DNA of 59,697 bases, counting the filler, from Sphacelaria rigidula (taxonomy: Eukaryota): the NCBI GenBank assembly GCA_964200075.2. It is 4 parts of 4 records of this genome, joined end to end, with 100 filler letters (N's around TTAATTAATTAA, not from the genome) between each part and the next. Parts side by side here need not be neighbours in the genome. Positions count along the whole stretch, not along the records: positions 44,852 to 59,697 come from CAXNAA020002019.1; 3 more parts are not named here. One strand, written 5' to 3'. Below the pieces are notes generated by a model. It saw nothing but the letters and a program-made list of their open reading frames with translations, did not search any database and was not told the DNA's origin. Shown in pieces: positions 50,173 to 59,697 of the stretch (positions are counted from its first letter, which is position 1; each line of letters starts with the position of its first letter). The position numbers and the translations under genes are program-made.

Positions 50173-53100
50173 TCACGTAAGGCGGGGTAACGTAGCCGAA
50201 ACTGCCAGCTCCATCTTCAAGCCCTCCTCTTTCCCTCGGAACACCACTGAAGTAGCATCCACAGGAGCATCTTCTGGCCGAAAGTGTTCACGAACGATTG
50301 ACGGCGTCTTGCGAATCCGCTTCTTCATTCTTCCATCACAACTATCGCTGGAGTCACGACCAATCCTGCTGCCCCCACCTTCACCAGAGTGCGTGGCCAC
50401 GTCAACTCTTCTTCGCGGGCTCTGCTTCACACGCTGAAGGGGGAACTCTTCCGATTTCACCCTCGCGTGCGGCGTAGTCCCCAGAGGTCCTCCTTCGGCG
50501 TCCTCGGTAGGGCGCGAACGAACAAGTTCGGGACTTACGAGCAAACCAGAGCCGAACCCGACATCACACGCACCAGCTTTGTGACTAGTGGAATGATTGG
50601 GTCGTCCTTCCTGGGTGAAGTGTTCATCGAACATGTCTCCATGTTGGCATACGTTACCATGTTCGAGATTCGAGCAACCCTTGTTGCCGTACTTGTTGCT
50701 CCCCGAATTGACCATCCCCGCCCTTGCGTGATTGACACCGAACTCTGCCTTCCGACTGTCCGCTACACCGTACGATGGTTGTATGGAGAAGCCCTTGTTG
50801 CTGCACTTCTTGCTCACGATGTTGGCGATCCCCGCCCTGGTGTGATCTGCATAGAACTTCACCAACCGGCTCCCCGCTGCATCGTACGGTTGTTGTTTGG
50901 AGTAGCCCTCGTCGCCGCATTTCTTGTTCACCACATGGCCCATTCCGGCCTTGGCGTGATCAGCATACAACTGCGGCATCCGGCTTCCCGCTGAAACGTA
51001 CGATGATCGTTGGGAGCAGCGCTCTTCGCCGCACTTCTTGCTCCTCACATCGACCATCCCGGACCTGGCGTGGTCGACACAGAACTCCGCCTTCCGACTT
51101 CCCGCTACACCGTACGACGGTCGTTCGGTGCAGCCCTCGTTGCCGCACTTCTTGCTCCTCACATCGACCATCCCATACTCGGCTTGATCGGCACAGAAAT
51201 CCGCCTTCCGACTTCCCGTTACACCGTACGACGGTTGGTTGAAGCAGCCCTCGTCGCCGCACTTCTTGTTCATAACATCGACTATCCCGGACCTGGCGTG
51301 GTCGACACAACACTCTGCCTTCCGACTCCCCGCTACACCGCACGATGGGTTCTTGGAGCAGCTCTTATTGCCGCACTTCTTGCTCCTCACATCGACCATC
51401 TCGTTCCTGGCGTGGTCGGCACAGAACTCCGTCTTCCGACTTCCCGCTACACCGTACGACGGTGGCTTGGTGCAGCCCTCGTCGCCGCACTTCTTGCTCA
51501 CCACATCGACCATCCCCACCCTCGCGTGGTCGGCACAGAACTCCGCCTCCCGACTTCCCGCTACACCGTACGACGAGATTTTGGAGCAGTCCTCGTCGCC
51601 GCACTTCTTGCTCACCACATCGACCATTCCGGACCTGGCGTGCTCGGCACAGAACTCCACCTTGCGACTTCCGGCTACACCATATGATGGTCGTTTGGTG
51701 CAGCGCTCGTCGTCGCACTTCTTGCCCACTACATTTACCATCCCGGACCTGGCGTGGTCGGCAAAGAATTCTGTCTTCCGACTTCCCGCTACACCGTGCG
51801 ATGGATTCTTGGAGCAGCTCTTGTTGCCGCACTTCTTGCTCCTCACATCGACCATCCCGATCCTGACGTGGTCGGCACAGAACTCCGCCTTCCGACTTCC
51901 CGCTACACCGTACAATGGGATTTTGGAGCATCCCTCTTCGCCGCATTTCTTGCTCACCACATTGACCATCCCCACCCTCGTGTGACCAGCACAGAACTCC
52001 GCCTTTCGACTTCCCGCTACACCGTACGACGAGATTTTGGAGCAGCCCTCTTCGCCGCACTTCTTGCTCCTCACATCGACCATCCCGGGCCTGGCGTGGT
52101 CGGCACAGAACTCCGTCTTCCGACTTCCCGCTACACCGTACGACGGTCGTTCGGTGCAGCGCTCGTTGCCGCACTTCTTGCTCACAACATCGACCATCCC
52201 GGGCCTGCCGTGATCGGCACAGAACTCCGCCTTCCGACTTCCCGCTACACCGTACGACGGAAGCTTGGAGCAGCCCTCGTCGCCGCATTTCTTGCTCACT
52301 ACATTTACCATCCCGGACCTGGCGTGGTCGGCACAGAACTCCGCCTTTCGACTTCCCGCTACGCCGTACGACGGTTGCTTGGAGCAGCCCTCGTCGCCGC
52401 ACTTCTTGCTCCTCACATCGACCATCCCGGACCTGGCGTGGTCGGCGCAGAACTCCGCCTTCCGACTTCCCGCAACACCGTACGACGGGATTTTGGAGCA
52501 GCTCCTGTTGCCGCACTTCTTGTTCACTACATTCACCATCCCCACCCTCGCGTGATCGGAACAGAACTCCGCCTTTCGACTTCCCGCTACACCGTACGAC
52601 GATTGGTTGGAGCAGCCCCTGTTGCCGCACTTCTTGCTCACTACATTTACCATCCCCACCCTCGCATGGTCGGCACAGAACTCTGACTTCCGACTTCCCG
52701 CTACACCGTATGACGGTTGTTTGGAGCAGCCGTCGTCGCCGCACTGTTTGCTCCTCACATTGACCATCCCCACCTTCGCGTGATCGGCACAGAACTCCAC
52801 CTTTCGACTTCCCGCTACACCGTACGACGGGATTTTGGAGCAGCTCCTGTTGCCGCACTTCTTGCTCACTACATTGACCATCCCCACCCTCGCGTGATCG
52901 GCACAGAACTCCACCTTTCGACTTCCCGCTACACCGTACGAAGGTCGTTTGGTGCAGCCCCTGTTGCCGCACTTTTTGCTCACTACATTTACCATCCCCA
53001 CCCCCGCATGGTCGGCACAGAACTCTGACTTCCGACTTCCTGCTACACCGTACGATGGGTTCTTTGAGCAGCCCTCGTTGCCGCACTTCTTTCGCACTAC

Positions 53101-53256
53101 ATTCACCATTCCCAGCCTGGCGTGCTTGGCACATAACTCCCTTTTCCGTTTTCCCGCTACAACGTACGATAGTTGTTTGGAGCAGCCGTGGTGGCCGCAC
53201 TTGCTGCTCGTTACATCGACCATTCCCACACTCGCGTGATCGGCACAGAACTGCAC
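50173..53256 (-). CDS. EsV-1-7 cysteine-rich repeat protein, main ORF: about 22 tandem 38-aa C-x4-C-x16-C-x2-H repeats plus a low-complexity C-terminal tail
   Basis: 1027-aa ORF with consensus CGDEGCSKQPSYGVAGSRKAEFCADHARVGMVDVRSKK (114-bp period). This is the EsV-1-7 motif shared by Ectocarpus siliculosus virus-1 and expanded brown algal gene families such as IMM. Confidence 0.9.
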   Translation of the reverse strand: MQFCADHASVGMVDVTSSKCGHHGCSKQLSYVVAGKRKRELCAKHARLGMVNVVRKKCGNEGCSKNPSYGVAGSRKSEFCADHAGVGMVNVVSKKCGNRGCTKRPSYGVAGSRKVEFCADHARVGMVNVVSKKCGNRSCSKIPSYGVAGSRKVEFCADHAKVGMVNVRSKQCGDDGCSKQPSYGVAGSRKSEFCADHARVGMVNVVSKKCGNRGCSNQSSYGVAGSRKAEFCSDHARVGMVNVVNKKCGNRSCSKIPSYGVAGSRKAEFCADHARSGMVDVRSKKCGDEGCSKQPSYGVAGSRKAEFCADHARSGMVNVVSKKCGDEGCSKLPSYGVAGSRKAEFCADHGRPGMVDVVSKKCGNERCTERPSYGVAGSRKTEFCADHARPGMVDVRSKKCGEEGCSKISSYGVAGSRKAEFCAGHTRVGMVNVVSKKCGEEGCSKIPLYGVAGSRKAEFCADHVRIGMVDVRSKKCGNKSCSKNPSHGVAGSRKTEFFADHARSGMVNVVGKKCDDERCTKRPSYGVAGSRKVEFCAEHARSGMVDVVSKKCGDEDCSKISSYGVAGSREAEFCADHARVGMVDVVSKKCGDEGCTKPPSYGVAGSRKTEFCADHARNEMVDVRSKKCGNKSCSKNPSCGVAGSRKAECCVDHARSGIVDVMNKKCGDEGCFNQPSYGVTGSRKADFCADQAEYGMVDVRSKKCGNEGCTERPSYGVAGSRKAEFCVDHARSGMVDVRSKKCGEERCSQRSSYVSAGSRMPQLYADHAKAGMGHVVNKKCGDEGYSKQQPYDAAGSRLVKFYADHTRAGIANIVSKKCSNKGFSIQPSYGVADSRKAEFGVNHARAGMVNSGSNKYGNKGCSNLEHGNVCQHGDMFDEHFTQEGRPNHSTSHKAGACDVGFGSGLLVSPELVRSRPTEDAEGGPLGTTPHARVKSEEFPLQRVKQSPRRRVDVATHSGEGGGSRIGRDSSDSCDGRMKKRIRKTPSIVREHFRPEDAPVDATSVVFRGKEEGLKMELAVSATLPRLT

Positions 53257-53620
53257 CTTCCGACTTCACGCTACACCGTCAATGGTTGTTTGGAGCAGCC
53301 CTCGTTGCTGCACTTCTTGCTCGTCAAATTGGCCATCCCCGACCTGGCGTGGGCGGCACAGAACCCCGCTTTCCGGCTTCCCGCTACACCGTACGATGGC
53401 TTCTTGGAGCAGCCCTCGGCGCCGCAATCCTTGCTTACTTCATCGGCAATCCAAACCCTGTCCGCCGACCACTCCACGACGTTGACGCCCGTCATGCCAT
53501 CTGATGGTGATTCCAAGCAGTCCTCCCGGGGGCACAGAGAAGCTCGTATCACCCCTACGCTGGTGAAGCGAGAGGCTCTAGCGCATACAACTTCGCCTGC
53601 TTTTAGCAGTCCCACTGCCA
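53257..53620 (-). pseudogene. 5' part of the EsV-1-7 gene (2 more repeats and 1 degenerate one), separated from the main ORF by a frameshift and a stop
   Basis: ORF 53271..53684 encodes CGAEGCSKKPSYGVAGSRKAGFCAAH..CSNEGCSKQP. There is a 1-nt deletion at 53279/53280 and GGA>TGA at 53266-53268. Candidate AG acceptors lie near 53598-53617. Confidence 0.8.
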
Positions 53621-56600
53621 CATGACCGAACAAGAGGAGCAGGCAGTTTCTCCTGATGCTGCCTGAGAAATATGAACGGTTCAAGAGCCGTCAAGGTTGT
53701 CAAGTAATCGTCAACCGCGACGGACAGTACTTCGAGGGAAAATGGTAAACATAGACTGTTCATATCTTGCATGGGCCTTCACTATGTAATAAGATCAGTG
53801 AGGCGTTTGTTCTGTCAAACGTTCCATTCCCAAAACAGAACGTGGTGCTGCCGATGCTTCCGGTGGAGAACTTGGCAAAACCCTGTATATTTCCTTCACT
53901 GGATTCTCCACTGGATTATGCAGCTCATTTAAAACGCAACACCAACACATGTCATACACTACGGCTGAAAACAGCAGTACGGGAAAATGGTATCGATCGA
54001 ACAAAAAACCACGATATGTATTTGTTTTCAGCATTGAAAGTGAGATCTCGAGTCTCTTACCAAGGAAATCATGGCACAACCTTCGGTGTCGTGAGCTGCA
54101 TCATGCAGAAAGCTTGACAAACTTCGAGTGTGTGTATATCATAGGTGTGGCTATAAATAGCTTTACTCAAATTCAGCCATCTGATCGTATGAACTGGTAC
54201 GCTTGAGAGGACTTGAAGGTCGTCGTCATAAGTACCATACTGTACATTTCTGCATTATTACGTGCTGCCGATGTAGTGGTGCGTATTGACACAATTGGCC
54301 GAGGACTCCGGGCCTCAAGAGGCAGGTAGGATCCTAGGAGACGGATGGCTACAAACCTTCAGTCTCCGCAAAATCCGTTGACATACATGCAACACACGAG
54401 TATGGAAACTGATCGAACAAGCACGTGAAGCTACACTACTAGAAACGGGGTAAACAGCTGCAGTTGATATTTCCATGAATGAGTCGGCGATCCTACCGAA
54501 AATGCACGGAATCCTACTTCGTTCTCGTCCAATATCGACCCATCCACCAAGCGATAGCTCAGAACGACGACGTACTGAAGAGAAGGCACCTGAAAAGACC
54601 GGTTATGAGAACAAAAGCAACATGCACTGGCATTCCTGCCTCTTGATGCGAGAAGCTAAAGTCAGTGCCTTGCTGAATGCTGGACAGCACACATAGACTC
54701 GACGCAACAAGGAGGTAAGAGGTGAATGGGTAAATGATGCACTTCGAAATCTAGGATGATGAAATCATATAAGTCAACTCGTTGAAAGAGTAGGACATAT
54801 CAGTGTCTACCGGCTACGGACTGTCCATTCGGTAGTCAAGTCATAAAGTCACGGTATCGCTTGAACGGTGAAGCCCACGCTTGAAGATATTAATTTCGAG
54901 TTCGTTGGAGTTTATCAGAAGCAACTCCCGCCACAACACCGGGACACGACAACCCCGATGAATTCCAATTGACAGCTCATAACGAATGCATGGTAACATC
55001 ATGTATCCTCAACTAACACGATCCGCCCGGAAGCCATGATGGACCGCCCCATTCACTTGACGTTCCTCCATGGTATGTCGCGAGAGTTGATGCCAAATTT
55101 GCGAATAAATATGGTTTCACATGTGCACGGACATACACCATATGCACCGCCCCCCGTGTGTGTTACGAATGGGACACTCCACTGTATATGACCGTGGTAA
55201 AGTTGGATCATTTGGCATGGACTGGAACCGAGGTGTTGGAGCAAAAAAAGCATAAGTCGGGAGCACATTGAAAGACGTGACTTTTGCACTTACACATTGG
55301 GCACATTAGCCCACGGAAAATGGCGCTTTCGGCAAACGAGAAGATCAACACATGATAGCACCTACATATTATGCCATCTCAGAGCACAGGACACGTGAAC
55401 AATACTCTAGGATCAAACCGCACTCAGCCCCCAACACGAGACCAGGAGTAACGGTTGGAAAGCACTTACTTCAGCGGGTCGATAGAATCAAGTGCATGTG
55501 ACCTCGGCGTTTGCTTCATGGCTACTTCGTACATGTGGTGGCATTTGTTCATTGACTCCTGGTGCCGCACATGGGCTGTACATGTTGTTTGATTGTCGCA
55601 CACTCAGTGATCCCCGAAAAATCGAGGCGTGGTCACAAGATAGACGCACTCAAGGCAAACATAACGCAGTCAGTCCCCCTCAATGGTGGAATGATCCATG
55701 AAGTGTTGATGAAAATAGCGCACACACAATCGGTTGAAGAGACAAGTGCCACGAACGTACCATAACATGGACCACTCTTGTTCGTTTTCGACGTGACTGA
55801 GGCTGACTGCAATCGTGTCTGACTAGTTGTTTCCATGCCGACGACACGGTGTTACACGTCTCTGGATGACAACTATGGTATCACCGCTGGTGTGCAATCA
55901 GTTCTTCTGATGCCATCCTGCAAAAACGCTCCTCCACAGACAACAACCTTGTGATCTACCCTCCTCATGCCATGGCCTGCCAACTTGCCCTCGGAAAGAA
56001 CAACATGATGGGTAGGAACCACACCCTGGACGGGTCGATGCGGTTTTTGATACATGTCGATACCTTGGATCGTAGACAGCATCCATTCGGGTCTTGACGT
56101 GTGCTCCAATTGTGAGTATAGCGGCCGTCACGTACGTTGGGTTCTTGTCGGCATGTGCTGGACACGAGGTTGCCTCCCGAGCAACATGTTTCAACATATA
56201 CTTCCCTCGCCGCCGCCGGGTATATCGAGGGATAGGTATATCGAGTCAAGGAAATATATGAAAAATAGTGATGAGGCGACATACGTGGAGCACAAACCAT
56301 GCAAAGGATATTATTATATTATTATACAAAAGCCCATGCCGGCCTTCGGCCGGCTGCGGTGCTTTCTTTAGCGCGTCACGAACATGAGGTGAACATAGTT
56401 TGAGGTGTTTAAGGCGAAGCATTATCGACAGCCAAGCTCTCCTGTTTTGTTGTAGTTGGTGTTCTAGCGTTCATGCGGAGGCTGAGAAGAGCATAATTTA
56501 TCATGTGTACCGGCAGCGGTGCAGTTGCCGGTGCAGTATAACGACCGCACGAGAAGCACAAACCAGACGTTTTCGAGGCTGGTTCCGGCGGGGGGTTGGC

Positions 56601-57586
56601 GGGTAGACGGTTAACAATACGAGAGGACATTGGTGGCTGCTGTGTGATTCCGTGCAGGCGTGGAAAAGCGATGACTGTCGAGAATGCTACCGATTGCGTC
56701 ACAAGAAACGTAGACTTGATTTTGAGTCTCGGCGGTACAATATTTTACGTTATTTTTGTCGCATGTACCGTCATTATATGTTGCAGCTCATGCCTTTTGA
56801 ATGATTTATTTCATGGTTCTGCCTGTTCTTATCGAGAATTCGAGAGTTGGTCTGTGCCCCTTCTGTTCTCTTGATATATCTCTCTTTGATTTTACTCGAT
56901 GATATGTTCCTCTTTTTATTCGAAAGCGCAGAAAAGCACTTTTTTTTCACCGCAAGCGGTGTAGTTGCTGGTGCGTGGTATATCAATCGCACGACAAAAA
57001 CATTGCAGACCGTTTCCGCGTCGCTCCCGGCTGGCGGGTCGGCGGGGACACGGGCAGAGATACGTGACGATCAACGACCATCACTGTGTGCTTGGAGCCG
57101 TTGGACATGTGATCAGTGTGATGAACAGTACGGACTGCATCACGACGAACCTGGACCCGAGGTCTAGGCTCGGTTCAGTCTTTTAAATTTTCAGTTTTTA
57201 TCGCCGCACGACAAAAAACAGAAACGACTCCCAGTGTAGAAAACTGTTTTCTGATACCGTAAAGCTACCGGGGAACCAAATCTCGAGCTAGCACTCGATG
57301 TCGACTCCAATTAGAGCCACCGATGTGAAGAATACGTGTTCATCTTGAGCACCACGATCGGGATGAATAGAGAACAGGCGAGGGCTTGAACCCGGTTGTC
57401 ACTGTGTGGTTGCAGCCGTCGAATTTGTATGTGATGAATGAGAAAAACGGTACCGACTGCGCCACGACATTGCTGGACCCGAGTTCGAGTCTCGGCGGAT
57501 CCCTCTTTTTATTCCTTTTGTCGTCGCACGACAAAAAATAAATCGACTCAGGTGTAGAAAACCTGTGTTCTTTACCGCAGTCCTCA

Positions 57587-57974
57587 GGCTATTTTTTATC
57601 TACAAAAAATATAAACTTGTTGGAAAGTGCATTTGTGGCCCTTCTCAGTATTTCCCTTCACCAAAAGCGGCTAGGCCGATGTTGACACCTTGAAATAACT
57701 TGCTCTACTCGCTGGAATCGTTCCAGAGCATCTTTGCGTTTTCCGTAGGTCATAGTTGAGTTTTTGGCCAAACTTGCATTTTCAACAGCAAACTGTCAAG
57801 TTATCAGAGAACATGGGGAGAACGCAGAGGTGGATTGGAATGCTTCCAGCGATTAGAGCAAGTAATTCCAAGGCGTCATCATCCGTCTAGCCGTCTCTTC
57901 GAGGGAAAACTACTGAGAAGGGCCACAAATGCACGTTTCAACGAGTTTTATTTTTTGATAAATAAGAAGTAGCC
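57587..57974. mobile_element. PIF/Harbinger (Tourist-like) MITE
   Basis: Imperfect TIRs of about 140 bp start GGCTA and include a perfect GTGCATTTGTGGCCCTTCTCAGTA. Flanked by TCA/TTA (3-bp TWA-like TSD). Confidence 0.75.
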
Positions 57975-59008
57975 TTATGGAATTTGTTTTTGCCCGACCA
58001 GGACTCCAACTCGGCACCCTGGGTGAAAACGTTTCCTACTTGAGCACCACGAGCGGGAAAAAAGAGCCCACGCGACTGTGTTCGATACCGCAATCCTAAC
58101 GGGAAAGAAAAATGCCCGAGCCAGGACTCCAACTCGGCACCCTGAGTGAAGAATACGAGTTCGGCTTGAGCGCCATGAGAGGGGGAGAAAGAGCTCAGGC
58201 GAGGGCTTGAAGGTCATTCTTTTTGCTTGGTAAAAGGGAAAGTTTCTGCCTGATACACATGTGAAGCTCCGGGCTCGGGCGGGTGTAGGGCGGTAGTATA
58301 GTGATCCCAATATAAAACGGGCGGGTGCGGGGGGGGTGGTATAGCAATACCAATATAAGAATGGTATTTTTTTAAGATACCGGGAACCCAGCTTGCCGCC
58401 ATGATTCTTTGTCTGTGTGCCTGCAGCCATCATTTCTGAACTCCTGGTACGTCGAGAGATATGCCTCCATATGTTCGGCACCAAATCACAAGTGCGTAGT
58501 TGTTTTACTGTTCGTAACGCATAATAATATGACCGTTGGTTAACGTAATTTCATGCAATGCGATGAATTTAAATCACTATGCAGAGCTTGCACTATACTG
58601 CGGTCGTGGAGCCGCATTGGTATGCCCTTTGGATGTTAATAACGTGAGCCGCGGAATCCAGGCACCACGGTAATCCACGGTAGCTTTTATGGTAATGTGC
58701 CACCCTGGTGGTCATTGTTACGGGAACCAGCTAACATAGTGATGATGGCGTTTCTATTTCATGCGTGTATTACTTCACCATGTGGCAACCCATGGCCATA
58801 ACGTATTATGCCTAGACATCCGAGCAAGATGACATCGTATGTGGACCTCATGCATGAGGACGTGTTGTTTACAGATCTCAAATAAAGAGAGGGTCCTGAA
58901 AAATGATCTCGAACAAAAAATGAGTCTTGACGCCAAAACAGTGCTTTCTCTACACCACGAGTAATTCCTACGGCGTAGGAAAAGCACTGTTTTGGGCTTG
59001 AGACTCAT

Positions 59009-59169
59009 TTGTTGTTCAACCTCTTTTCTCAAGATAACCTCTTGAAGTTAATTTGTCTTTGCTGTACAGTAATTGGGAGCAGTGAAATTGTTGTTCAACC
59101 TCTTTTCTCAAGATAACCTCTTGAAGGTAATTTGTCTTTGCTGTACAGTAATTGGGAGCAGTGAAATTG
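59009..59169 (+). repeat. 79-bp tandem duplication
   Basis: TTGTTGTTCAACCTCTTTTCTCAAGATAACC..GCAGTGAAA at 59009 and 59088, near-identical. Confidence 0.95.
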
Positions 59170-59582
59170 CGCGGATATTTGTTCGGACGGGAATGAGAGA
59201 ATATGATTTGCTCAGTACTCGATGGGAACGGGAGAATATCATTGGCTCGGTAACGTTTTGGATGGTAATGGTTATTCCGATTCATAATGGTAACCATTCA
59301 ACACGGAATTATAAAAATTGAAGAAAAAATCCTGATAAACGAGGCTGAACATTACAAAGGGGTTCAACTCCAAAACGACAACGGTTTCCCTGACCTGCAA
59401 GTCATGAACTTCGTCTTTCATACGGGCGACCTCGTGCCCCCCGACCTCCTTGAAACTATTTTGGGGGCGTTTCTCGTCTTCCATTTCCCCAAAGGCTATG
59501 TGCGAAAGCACCCTTTCGCTTCTATTTCGGGGTGAAGAAAAGGGATGGTTCTAGCCAGAGAAAGGTGTTTTCGCACATACCC

Positions 59583-59680
59583 TGTGGGCTGTGGCGGTTT
59601 AAGAGACAACCAACTAGACTACTGACAAGTCAGCGCTGACTTGTCAGTTAGTCGCTGGTTCGATTCCCGTCGGACGCACT
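59583..59680 (+). other. tRNA-like 3' half (B box) preceded by a perfect 28-bp palindrome
   Basis: GTCGCTGGTTCGATTCCCG follows ACTGACAAGTCAGCGCTGACTTGTCAGT (59621-59648). Confidence 0.45.
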
Positions 59681-59697
59681 TTCTTTGAAGAAAAAAG

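Noticed and set aside
50389-53625. Long alternative-frame and antisense ORFs over the EsV-1-7 array (e.g. 51365..53269, 634 aa)
   Set aside because: They are shadows of a GC-rich 114-bp repeat that lacks stops in other frames.
8574-53684. Endogenous giant virus (phaeovirus) region suggested by dUTPase, FNIP and EsV-1-7
   Set aside because: The genes lie on different concatenated contigs, the dUTPase has spliceosomal introns, gene density is low, and I saw no NCLDV core genes.
56480-58220. Degenerate direct repeats (CGCACGACAAAAAA; CCAGGACTCCAACTCGGCACCCTG x2) as a regulatory array
   Set aside because: They look like old TE-internal duplications, and I could not define boundaries.

Overview
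Eukaryotic, repeat-rich DNA, most likely from a brown alga (Phaeophyceae, Ectocarpus/kelp-like). This is inferred from the spliceosomal introns, EsV-1-7 and FNIP repeat genes, and the TE types. The window is not one locus. Three identical 100-nt spacers (44N-TTAATTAATTAA-44N) join four contigs of 14852, 14852, 14847 and 14846 bp, which looks like a size-sorted concatenation, so adjacency across the spacers means nothing. Contig 1 (1-14852) has a 3-exon dUTPase, long hairpin/foldback repeats, and TE relics. Contig 2 (14953-29804) has a phase-consistent chain of at least 7 small exons for an unidentified protein, with introns filled by MITEs, hairpin minisatellites and a tRNA-like sequence. Contig 3 (29905-44751) has a decayed Ty1/copia element, a hAT-type MITE, a 29 x 22-aa FNIP (LRR-like) array with a hypervariable di-residue, and a LINE RT fragment. 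Contig 4 (44852-59697) has a copia gag fragment, a 476-bp tandem repeat, MITEs, and a gene with about 24 x 38-aa EsV-1-7 Cys/His repeats that has one strongly variable position per repeat and a frameshift plus stop near its 5' end. The two modular repeat proteins, with TALE-like variable residues on a nearly invariant scaffold, are the best candidates for new biology. That interpretation is a hypothesis only.
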